The position numbers were made by a program, and so were the translations under genes. From Amoebophrya sp. A120 (taxonomy: Eukaryota; Protista; Dinoflagellata), in contig CAJINV010000002.1 in NCBI GenBank assembly GCA_905178155.1, positions 12,896,204 through 12,960,203 of the forward strand: DNA of 64,000 bases, given 5' to 3'. This document shows, in pieces, positions 37,501 through 49,500 of this stretch. The notes below the pieces were generated by a model. It was given only the letters and a program-made list of their open reading frames with translations, had not been told where the DNA came from and did no database searches. The number at the start of each line of letters is the position of its first letter. Position 1 is the first letter of the stretch.

Positions 37501-40500
37501 AGTTATTTGTGTCATAACGTCTCGCTCGGATCGACGCTTTCCATCCGTCAGAGCATTCATGGCCTCCGCTGGTCGGGTGAGTTGTCGGTCTTGGATAGCA
37601 CCAGTTTGGGTTCGACGCTCTCGTTGCGAACACACCTGCGGTACGGAAGCTTGCTGTCCATCTGTTCGAAGGTGATCATGGGCTCCTGCTGCAGCATCCT
37701 GAACATGTGCGCGCTTGGCTCCAGCTTGTCGTTGCGCGCGCATGGCAACATGGGCAGCACGATGAGTATAGTGAGCCGCACGCGGATCGGACTGGTTCTT
37801 TCTGCTTTGGACCACGTTTCGATGGGCTCCACGCTGTCCTTGCGGTCCACAGGCCGATTTGGGTCCGCCGTCTCTATCCTGGACTTCTCCGCGGTGGGCA
37901 GCTCCCTATCTCTCCGCCGCTACTGCCGGGTCGGCTCGCGATTCGCGGTGTCCGGTCGCAGCAAATTCGGCGACAACCTCTCCGTCATGGACCATTCGGC
38001 CCTCGGTTCCTCGCTGTCGATCCGTTCGTTCGTGAAGTTCGGTGACAGCGGCATCGAGGATCAGGCGACCTTCGGAAACTACGCCACGTCGGTGTTCAAC
38101 TTCCTGGCGCTCGGCACGAGCCTGTCCCTGCGCCAGGCCGCCCGGTTCGGCAAGCAGATCTCGGCGATCGACAACGTCCGCCTGGGTTCCGCCGTGTCCG
38201 TGATGCAGTGCTGCACGGTTGGTTCCAGCATTTCCCTGCGTGCCGTCGGCCGGTTGGGAAGCTACTTCTCCATCATCAGCACAGCCCGGCTCGGAAAATC
38301 CTCGTCGGTGCTCGACAGCAACTACTTCGGCTCTTGCTTGTCCGTCCGCGCCTACGTGCAGCTGGGAAGCAACGTGTCGCTGTTCAACAAGATGCGCGTC
38401 GGCGAGGCCTCTTCGGTGCTGGATACCGTTTTCCTCGGGTCCTCGGTCTCCCTCCGCAGTTACAGCCGCATCGGGTCCACGCTCAGTCTGTTCTCGAAGC
38501 TGACGCAGGGATCCAGTTTATCCGTGTTGGATTTCATGGACCTAGGCTCCACGCTTTCCATCCGGGCGACCTACCGCATGGCCTCCACCATGTCCCTGTT
38601 TACCAAGTGCACGCTGGGGTCCCGCGTGTCCATCGCGGACTACTTTACGATCGGTTCGACGATTTCCATTCGGTCGTATTGTCGCCTCGGTATGACGCTG
38701 TCCAACGCCGCCTCGGTCGAGGAGCGGTCCGATGCGGCCACGCCGGTGTCTTGTTTCGACTACACAAAGCTTGGCTCCGCGTTGTCCGTGCGGTCCTTCG
38801 TCCGATTCGGTAGCTGCTGTTCCGTGTACCGCGACATGCGGTTCGGATCGTCTCTTTCCACGCTGAACTTCCTGAACATGGGCTCGATGCTGTCGATCCG
38901 CGGCTTCACGCGGGCGGGGAGCAACGTCACGGTCTTCGCGTACGGGCGGTTCGGGTCCCGCATGTCAATCTTCGACATGATGGCGCTCGGGTCCACCATG
39001 TCGCTGCGTGTCCAGTCGCGGTGCGGATCGCTGCTCTCCGTGTTCAAGACGGTGAACCTCGGTTCCTTCTGCTCGATCGTGGACTTTTTCAGCCTCGGTA
39101 GCACCTGCTCCTTGCGCGCGATCACGCAGATGGCCTCGCAGCTGTCCGTTTTCGGCGGAAAGGCGTCCAAGATCCAGCCGCACTTCTCGACGCTAAACTA
39201 CATGCGACTCGGGAGCGGCCTGTCGCTGCGATCGGCCCACCGGCTCGGATCTGGCCTCAGTGTCTTCAACCTGTCGCGCGTCGGAACGATTATGTCGGTG
39301 TTGAACTTCACGCAGCTGGGCTCGATGCTCTCCCTGCGCGGCTTCAACAAGAACGGCAGCATGTGCTCGGTGTTCAGCCGCGGCAACTTCGGTTCCTGCC
39401 TGTCTGTACTAGATTTCGCAACGGTCGGTGACTTGAATCTGCGCGAAACGGCGTTCATGCGCATGGGTTCCGTTCTCTCCGTGTTCTCGAAGACGACCAT
39501 GGCAAGCAGCATTTCGGTGTTGGATTTCTACCATCTGGGATCCAGCGTCTCGTTGCGAGAGTTCACCAGGTTGGGGTCCACGCTGTCGATCATGTGCAAC
39601 TCGTCCATGCGGAAGTGCGGGCAGAGCTTTTCCGTGCTGGATTTCCTGGTGCTCGGAAGCTCCATTTCCATCCGCAACGGCGTTCGGTTCGGCGAGCCGA
39701 TGAGCGTCTTCGAGTTCGTGAACTTCTCGAGCTCGATTTCCGTTCGCGCAATGCTGCGGTGCGGCTCCACACTGTCTGTGAAGTCCTACCTGCGACTGGG
39801 AAGCACCATGTCCACATTCCAGCGCAACCTGCTCGGCAGTTCGCTGTCCGTGCTCGATGTGCTGAATTTGGGCAGTACGCTCTCCCTTCGTAGCTACCTG
39901 CGATTCGGCAGCTGCGTGTCTGTGTACAGTTGCGAGCGGCTTGGCGCGAACGCGTCCGTCCTCTCTTGGCAGCAACTCGGTAGCACGCTCAGTTTGCGCG
40001 GTGCGAACCGGCTCGGATCCAACCTTTCCGTGTTTGCGCGCGTGGCGGTCGGCAGCCAGATTTCCATCATTGACTTCATCGGCTGTGGCTCGTGTCTTTC
40101 TGTGCGATCCTTCGTACGGCTCGGCTCCTGCCTGACTGTGATCGGAAACACGCGGTGCGGCAGCTCGGTCTCTATGATCGATGTGTTCCAACTGGCGTCT
40201 TCGCTGTCGATGCGGTCGGCTACCAGACTCGGATCAACGATCTCCGTGCTGGTTGCGTCCAAGCTGCGCGCAAACTTCTCGCTGCTCGACCAACTGGAGC
40301 TGTCCAGCACGTTCAGCCTGCGGCAGGTCCAGAAGCTGGGGTCGAGTTTGTCGGTCATCGGGAAGGTTCGCTTGGCGGACGAAGGGTTTTCCGTCTTGGA
40401 CTACATCAACTTCGCGTCCACCTGCTCCATGCGACACTACTTCATGATGGGGTCGCAAACCTCGGTGCTCGACTACATGCAGATGGCCTCGAGTTTGTCG

Positions 40501-43500
40501 CTCCGCTCGGTGGCGCGACTCTCCTCCACGGTGAGTGTGTTCAAGCGGGTGATGATGACGGGGAAGCAGGTATCCGTTTTGGACTTTTTGCACATCGGCA
40601 CCGCTTTATCCCTGCGGTCCTACATCCGGTTCGGCTCGACCTTCAGTCTGGTCGGCAATAAGAACTTCGGGTCGACGCTGTCCATCCGCGCGTTCCACAA
40701 GCTGGGATCCACGATCAGCATGTTCGAGACCACAAGGCTCGGGAAGGACGTGTCGGTATTAGAATCCGTCAACCTGGGATCGAGTCTGTCTGTGCGGAAG
40801 TTCAGCAGGTTCGGCGAGGGCATTTCGGTGATTGACTACATGTGCATGGGCTCGACGCTTTCTCTTCGTGGGTACACGCGACTGGGAAGCACTTGCTCCG
40901 TCTTGCGCCACACCAAATTCGGCGACCGTGTGTCCGTCATTGACCTTTGCCACCTGGGGAGCAGCCTTTCCGTGCGCGAGTTCGCCCGACTGGGGAGTGG
41001 TGTGAGCATGATGGGTCTCTGCACCTTCGGCTCCACCTTGTCCGTGTTGCAACAGTTCAACGTCGGGTCTTGCTTATCCCTGCGCTCGGTCAGCCGGTTG
41101 GGCAGCCGCTTCTCGGTCTGCGCTGACTTCCGGGTTGGCACCGCGTTCTCGGTCTTGAACGAAATTACGTTCGGAAGTTCGCTCTCTCTGCGGCACATCG
41201 GCAAGTTTGGCGCTAATTGCTCCATGCTGGACGTCTTGACTCTGGGGAGCTCGTTATCCCTCCGCGCCTACTGCCGCCTGGGATCTGCGGTGTCACTGGC
41301 AAACCGGATGACGTTCGGCATTGGCGTTTCGGTTCTCGACAGCATCGAATTCGGCACGAGCCTGAGTCTGCGACAGTATTCCCGGATGGCGAGCGCGTTT
41401 TCCGTGTACTCGTCGTTGCGCTTCGGAAGCAACGTGTCCGTTTTGGATCTTGTCTACGTCGGGAGCGCACTCTCGATGCGGAACCACGTGCGGGCTGGGT
41501 CCGCCTTCTCGGTCTATTCGCAAGTCCGAATGGGGAGTACGCTCTCCATTCTGGACGGGCAGTTGAGCGGATCGGCACTTTCCCTGCGGCAGTTCCTGCG
41601 GTTAGGCAGCGGCTTGTCCATCCTCACCGGTGTGAGACTCGACGCCCGCACGTCGGTGTTGGATATGACCAACCTGGGCAGCACCCTGAGCATCCGCAGA
41701 ACGTCACGGTTAGGCAGCACGGTATCGGTGTTGGAGTTTGTCACCATGGGTTCCGCTTTGTCATTACGCAGCTACATGCGGTTTGGCAGCGTCCTGTCCT
41801 GCCTGGAGCGTAGCAAGCTTGCAGCCTGTCTTTCAGTGCTGGACCGTGTGAACCTGGGATCGCAGCTGAGCTGCCGGACGTTCGGTCGCATGGGCAACGC
41901 CTTGTCGATTCTGAACTACGTGAACTGTGGTTCCACCGTGTCTGTCCGCCCCTTCGCCAGATGCGGCTCCACCATGTCGATTTTCGCACGGTGCGCACAA
42001 CACGCATCGACCTCCGTTCTCGCGCACGTGCACCTCGGTTCTAGCTTCAGTCTCCGCAGCAACGGCTTCCAACAATCCCGGTGCTCCGTGCTCGACCTGT
42101 GCCAGCTCGGGTCGACATTGTCGATGCGGTCGTCCTTCAGATTCGGGAGCGCGATTTCCGTTTGCGGGCGCTTCGCCCTCGGCAGCGCACTGTCCACGCT
42201 GGACTACCTCACGCTGGGGTCGCAGCTTTCGCTCCGGAAATTCGCCCGGGTCGGGGAGAGCCTATCCGTGTTCGACCTTTTGGCCACGGGAAGTTCCATG
42301 TCGGTTCGGGCGTACGCCAGACTGGCGAGCGGCGTGTCCGTCTTCTGCCAGACCATGCAGCTAGGCTCTAGCTTGTCCGTCCTCGACTTCCTGACGCTGG
42401 GCTCGGCCATGTCCGTCCGCTCGCACGTGCAGGTGTCGAACCGCATGAGTATCCTGGACACGTTGAACCTGGGCAGCAGTATCTCCTTGCGCAGCATGGC
42501 GAAGTTCGGCAGCGCAATGTCGGTTTTCAGCTCGACCAAATGCGGCTCCACACTGTCACTCCTCGGAACCAGCCACCTCGGGTCCTCTTTGTCCGTGCGC
42601 AGCGTTTTTCGGCTCGGCGGCGTGAAACCTTCGGTCCTCGATACGGTCTACATTGGAAGTTTGTGCTCCGTGCGGGCGATTGTGCGCATGGGTGACCAAC
42701 TTCCATTGATTGGCGGCAACGTGATGATGGGCCGCACGCTGTCGACTCTGGACTGCCTGAGTCTGGGAAGTACGATGAGCATTCGTGCCTTCACGCGGTG
42801 CGGCTCGGTGACGAGCTTCTTCGACGTGTTGCAACTCGGATCCAGCTACTCCGTCCGGGCGTTCGTCAGACTCGCGTCCAGCGCCAGCCTGTTCCGGGCA
42901 GTCGGGGTCGGCAGTTCACTTTCCGTGCTCGACATTTACCACATGGGCTCCTGTCTGTCAGTGCGGGCCGCTACCCGCCTCGGGTCCGCATTGTCGCTCT
43001 TTTCGAAAGGCGTCCTTGGCAGTGGCGTGTCCACACTGGATTGCTGCGCGCTCGGATCCGCGTTCAGCCTGCGCAACGTCGTGCGGGTCGGTAGTGCGGT
43101 CTCCGTGTTCTCGCAGACCCGGTTTGGCTCCTCGATCAGCAACTTGGATTTCCTGAACCTCGGATCCTCTCAGTCGATTCGTTGTTTCATGCGGGGCGGC
43201 AGTGCGCTGAGTCTCTGCAGTAAAATGAGAATCGGCAGCAATTTGTCGGTTTTGGATTCCGCGCTGTTCGGCAGCTCCTTGTCTGTCCGCGGCTACGTGA
43301 AACTCGGGTCTAGCGTCTCGGTGCTCGGCAGACTGAAAATCAGCGACAATCGACAGATGAACTTCAGCATCTTCGATGCAGTGACTCTGTCGTCCACACT
43401 GTCCGTCAGAGGCGCGTCGAAATTCGGTTCGACCTTTTCCCTGATCGACTTCCTCGAGCTCGGAAGCAGCCTGTCCATCCGGCAGTACGCGCGCTTTGGG

Positions 43501-46500
43501 AGCTCGGTCTCCGTCGTCGAACAGGTGCGGCTCGCGGAGTCACTGTCCGTCTTGTCGCACGTCTTCCTCGGAAGCAGCTTGTCCACACGATCCTACAGTC
43601 GCCTCGGGAGCAGCTTCTCGCTTCTGGACGTGCTGCACCTGGGTTCCGCGCTCTCGATTAGAAACTACCTGCGGTGCGGCAGCGGCTTCAGCCTGTTCAC
43701 GCACACCCGGATTGGGTCGACGTTGAGTATTCTGGACAGTCTGACTCTGTCGTCCACCACCAGCCTCAGGCAGTACAGCCGACTCGGTAGCACTCTGTCG
43801 CTGGTCTCGGTCTTCCGGTGCTCTAGCAGCTTTTCCGTTTTGGACTTTCTGCAGCTCGGCTCTTCCGTGTCCGTCCGAAATTACCTCCGTGTGGGGTCGG
43901 CGATGTCGCTGATGAGCCAGTTGCGCATCGGCAGTCGGGCCAGCATGTTGGACATCCTGCACCTAGGCTCCTCGTACTCGCTTCGTTCCTACATCCGGTG
44001 CGGCTCCGCCTGTAGTGTGTACTCGAAGGCCGTGGGCAACTCGCTGTCCGTTTTGTCCTACACGGACTTTGCGTCCTCGATCTCGCTGCGGTCCGTGGTG
44101 CGCGCCGGCTCCCGCGCCAGCGTGTTGGATTGCCTGCACCTCGGATCGAGCTTGTCGTTGCGAAACGTCATCAGGTTGGGCAGCAGCTTGAGTCTGATGT
44201 CGCAGACGCGGTTTGGCAGCAACCTATCCGTCTTGGACTTCTTCCACGTGGGCTCGAGTTTGTCGCTCCGCGCTGTTTCCCGAATCGGCACGGCGGCAAG
44301 CTTGCTGTATTCCTGCGCGCGCCTGGGCAGCTCTCTGTCGACCCTGGACTTCCTGAACCTCGGCAGCACGTTGTCGATTCGGAACGCGAGCCGATTGGCC
44401 TCTGGCCTGTCCGTGCTGCGCGCCGTCGATTTTGGCGACGCGTGCTCGGTGCTGGAGTGGACGCATCTGGCGAGCAGCTTGTCCGTCCGCGGTCTGATCT
44501 ACGCGACTGGCACGCGCCCGAGCGTCCTCGACTATTTCAGCATGTCCAGTAGCTTGTCGCTGCGCAACGTCGCACGGTTCGGCGACGTCGCCTCGGTGCT
44601 CGACGCGGTTGCGCTCGGGAGCTCGCTGTCGTTCCGACAGTACTGCCGCGTGGGCAGCAGTCTCTCCGTGTTCGGAACGTTCAAAGCCAACGAGGACCTT
44701 TCCGTGCTGGACGTGTTCTCGCTGGGCAGCAGCTTGTCGGTGCGAAACAGCGTGGGTCGCCTCGGCAGCAACTTTAGCATCTTCGACATGCTCACTCTCG
44801 GGTCCAGTCTCAGTCTGCGCACCTACACCCGCGCAGGAAGCACGCTCTCGATTCTGGAACGCCAGCGGCTCGCGGCCAGCCTGAGCATTTTGGACGTGTG
44901 CAACGCCGGCTCGGCGATCTCGCTGCGGCAGTACGTCCGCATCGGGAGCAGTCTTTCCGTCGTGGAGAAGCTGCGCTTTTCCGGCGCGTCGATGTCCATT
45001 TTGGCGCAGGCGCAACTGGGAAGTGCTTTATCCGTCCGGTGCTGCCAGACGTTCATGGGAAGTTCCATGTCTATGTTGAACTTTGTGACGATGAGCAGCT
45101 CGCTGTCGCTCCGAACGCAGATGCGGTGCGGAAGCTCCGTCTCCCTGGTCGGCCAGATGCGTTTCGGCACCAACACCAGCGTGCTAAACTACTTCCAGAT
45201 CGGGTCCAGCATGAGCTTGCGCGCCTACATGCGCGTGGGCTGCAACGCAAAGCTCGCCAGTTCCGTGTTCGGTCCGCAGATGCTCGGATCCCGTTTGTCG
45301 ATCCTCGACTTCTTCAACCTGTCGTCGACCCTGTCGGTCCGCAGCTTCACGCGCCTTGGAAGCACGATGTCCCTCTACGGGGTGTCGAGACTGGGGAGCA
45401 CGCTGTCGTTGTGCCACTTCTTCGAGATGGGCTCTTGTCTGTCCACCCGGCACACCATGCGCCTGGGGTCGAACTTGAGCGTCCTCGCGGTCGGTAGGTT
45501 CGGCAGTTCCCTCTCGATCCTGGACGCGACCTCGCTCGCTTCCTGCATCAGCGTGCGGTCCTTTGCCCGCCTCGGTAGCTCCATGTCGATCTACGGCCTC
45601 TCGCGGTTCGGCAGCAACATGAGCACGCTGGACTTCTTCAACATGGGGTCCGCGCTCTCGGTCCGCAACTTCTGTCGCCTCGGAAGTTCGCTCAGCGTGT
45701 ACGGAATCCAGAAGTTATCGCAGGAGGCCTCAGTGTTCGACTTCCTCTGCCTCGGCTCGTCGCTCTCGCTTCGACGCTGCATGGCAGTCGGGAGTAGTCT
45801 CTCCGTGGTCGGGCGCGTCCACTACGAGATGGCGCTTTCGGTCGTGGATGCGATGACGCTGGGCAGCAGCGTGTCGTTGCGACACCACTTCCAGCTGGGC
45901 AAGTACGCCTCTATCCTCGATTCGGTCGCGCTCGGCTCCAGCATGTCTCTGCGTAGCACGGCCAGATTCGGCTCCGCGGTTTCGGTGCTGCCGTTCTTCC
46001 ACCTGGGCAGCTCGCTTTCCCTCCGCAACTACGCCCGGGTCAGCGGCGCGGGTCGCGCTTTCAGCGTGCACGGCGGTCTGACGCGGTTAGGCTCCGTTCT
46101 GTCGGTGTTCGACCAGCTCCAACTCGGGTCCAGCTTGTCCGTCCGGGGACAGGTGAAATCGTGCCAGGCACTGTCGATTCTGGATTGCGTGCAACTCGGG
46201 TCCGCCTTGTCCCTGCGGCAATATGTTCGCGTGGGCCAGTCTGTTTCCGTGCACGGCCAGCGCACCATGTGTGGCCGCGCGGGCGCAACCACGGCAACCT
46301 CCATCCTCGGTTATGTCAACCTCGGGTCGGCGCTGTCTCTGCGCAGCAGCACAAAATTGTCCGCGAACCTGTCGATTCTGGACCACACCGTGCTGGGTTC
46401 CGCTCTTTCCCTGCGCACGTCCGTCCAGACGGGCAGTGCGCTCTCAATTCTCGGAAAGCTGAACTTGAGCGGGCAGATGCTGTCCGTCTTGAACTACACG

Positions 46501-49500
46501 GGACTGGCGAGTTCGTTTTCCCTCCGGTCCACGGCCCGGTTTGGCGAGAACAGCAAGAACTTCTCCGTCATCGACCAGTTTCACATGGGTTCGTCTCTCT
46601 CCATCCGCAACTTCTTGCGGATCTCCAGCGGCGCATCTGTGCTGTCGCGCGCGGTTCTGGGCGCTGACTTGTCGGTGATCGACTCGCAGCTCTGCGGCTC
46701 CCTGTTGAGCATCCGCAGCATGGCAACCTTCGGAAGCGGCTTGTCCGTGTTGGATTACTTCCAGCTCGGGAGCAACCTCTCCTTGCGGTCCGCCACCCGG
46801 ATGGGTAGCACGGTTTCGATCATGGGTTTGTGCAAGTACATGGGCAGCTGCCAAAAGCTCTCGGTGATCGCAAGCCTCGCTTTGGGGTCAAACCTCTCCG
46901 TACGGAACATGATGAAGATCCCGGACAAGTTTTCGCTTTTGGACTGCCTCGAGCTGGGCTCGGCGATGAGCCTGCGCAACAACTTCCGCTGCGGGGTGTA
47001 CACGTCCATTATGGACATGGTAACGCTGGGATCCAGCGTGTCACTCCGGCAGTTCATCCGACTGTCGAGTTCGTTCTCGGTCTTCGAACCCCGGTGCAAG
47101 AAGACGCCGCTGACCTCGAACTTCAGCGTGATCGACCAAGTACACCTCGGTTCCGGCCTGTCGCTCCGCAGCACGATGCGGTTCGGCGACTCGATGTCCG
47201 TCATCAGCTACGTGGAACTCGGTTCCTCGATGAGCTTGCGGACGTATTGCCGCGTGGGTAGCACTATCCAATGCAAATATGTCTGGGTCTGGATGAGCGG
47301 CACAAGGCAATTATTTTACTTTCGAACATCTACCTGAAAAATTGTTGCCTTCGTATCGCCAAAATATGCTTAAAATATGTTCAAAACATGTTCCAAATAT
47401 TTTCAAAATATTTCCAAAACATTTTGTAAAAACGCAGTTGTGTGCCGCTCATCCAGACCCAGACACTTTTGCATTCCATAAGCACCTTGTCCGTGATCCA
47501 ACGCGCGCAGATGGGCGAAAGTCTCAGCGTGTTGTCCTACTTCCATCTCGGCAGCGGGGTCAGCATGCGCTCGTTCATGCGGTTCGGTTCCACGCCCGGG
47601 TGCAGCGTCATCGACTACATGAACATGGGCAGCAGCCTCTCTCTCCGCCAGTACCTGCGCCTGGGAAGTGGGCTCTCGATCACTGGTAGCTTCGTCGCCG
47701 GTCAGTTGTCGGTGTTAGAGCAGCTGGAAATTGGCTCCTCGCTCTCCGTCCGCTCGATCGCGAAGCTGGGAAGCACTTTCAGCCTGCTGGATTTCCTGGA
47801 CCTCGGGTCGAGTTTGTCTGTCCGCACCCACGCCCGACTGGGGTCCGCACTGTCCATGTTGGATTTCACCAGCTTAGGTAGTGCCGTCTCCGTTCGTGCC
47901 TACACGCGCGTCGGCTCGACCTGTTCGGTGATTGCCAAATGCCGGCTGGCCGAGACGCTCTCCGTGTTATCCCAGGTGCATCTCGGGTCGTCCATGTCCA
48001 TCCGCTGCACCACGAAATTCGGCTCCAACTTGAGCGTCTTGGACCAGGTCTTCCTCGGAAGCGGACTGTCTCTGCGCAGCTACTGCCGGCTCAACTCCTT
48101 GACGTCGGTTCTGAACCGCGTCAACCTGGGCTGCAAGATCTCGGTGTTGGACAGTATCACGATCGGAAGCTCCTTCTCACTCCGGATGCGCGCTCGTCTC
48201 TGCGACCGCGTGTCGGTGTTGGACAGCGTGTTCCTGGGCTCGACCCTTTCGGTCCGCGACTGCTGCCGGTTGGGCAGCGGTTTGAGCGTGTTCAAGCGCT
48301 TGCACGCAAAGATGGAGGTCTCCGTGTTAGACAGCTCCTGCCTGGGCTCCACCTTCTCGCTCCGGCAGATGGCTTCGTGCGGCAGTTTGGTGAGTGCCTT
48401 CAACTACATCAACCTGGGGTCGGCGATTAGTCTTCGCTCGTGTGCGCGACTCGGGTCCACGGTCACCGTCCTCGGGCTCACGCGCGTGGCGTCGTTCTTC
48501 AACTGCAGTGTGATGAACCAGCTGGAGCTCGGCTCTTCCCTGTCCGTCCGGTCGCAACTGCGCCTCGGCAGCTGCTTATCGATGCTGCAACTGGCGACGC
48601 TGGGCAGCAGCTTGTCTGTGCGAACCTACGCGCGCATGGGAGATTCCGCGTCCGCGCTCGACTACGTGAACCTGGGCAGCAACCTTTCGATCCGCGCGTA
48701 CACCCGGTACGGTTCCGCCATGAGTGTCTTCGAGGCCACCCGGCCGGCGACCACGTTGTCCGTGTTGGCGGCCACTTTCATGGCCTCCAGCATGAGTTTG
48801 CGTTCCTTCGCGCGCTTACCAGAGGACGTCTCGCTGCTCAACTACGTGAACCTCGGTTCCAGCTTGTCGCTCCGCGGCTACGTGAAGCTCGGGTCGACTC
48901 TGTCGGTCTTCAACCTCGTGCGATTCACGAACGACGGTCTTTCCGTGCTCTCCGCGGTCGAATTCGGCAGTACCTTCAGCATGCGGGGCCTGAGCCAATT
49001 GGGCAAGAGCTTGACCGTTTTGGATAGCACGCACCTCGGGTCCTCGCTATCTCTGCGTGCCGCTAGCCGCATGGGATCCGCGATGAGCCTGTGCAACTTT
49101 GGCGTGCAAAAACAAAACCTCTCCGTTCTCGACGTAACGTTCTTGGGTTCGACTGTCTCGCTTCGGTCTCGGGCCTACCTCGGCCGCACGGAATTCTCCG
49201 TGTGTCAGTTCACGACCTTGGGCAGCGCTTTGTCCGTCCGTGAAATCGCCCGGTTCGGCAGTCGCTTGTCCGTTGTGGATTGCCTCGCGCTTGGGACGAC
49301 GCTCTCTCTTCGCGCGCTCGGCCGTCTGGGTTCCAGCTTGAGCATCGTAGAGAAACTGCGTCTGACGCAGAGACTGAGCACTCTGTCCTTTTTCCACCTC
49401 GGTTCCAGCATGTCGATTCGCGCGGCCATGCGGTGCGGAGACACCCACTCGGTCATCGACTACCTCCGCATCGGCACCAGCCTCTCGCTGCGCGCCATGA

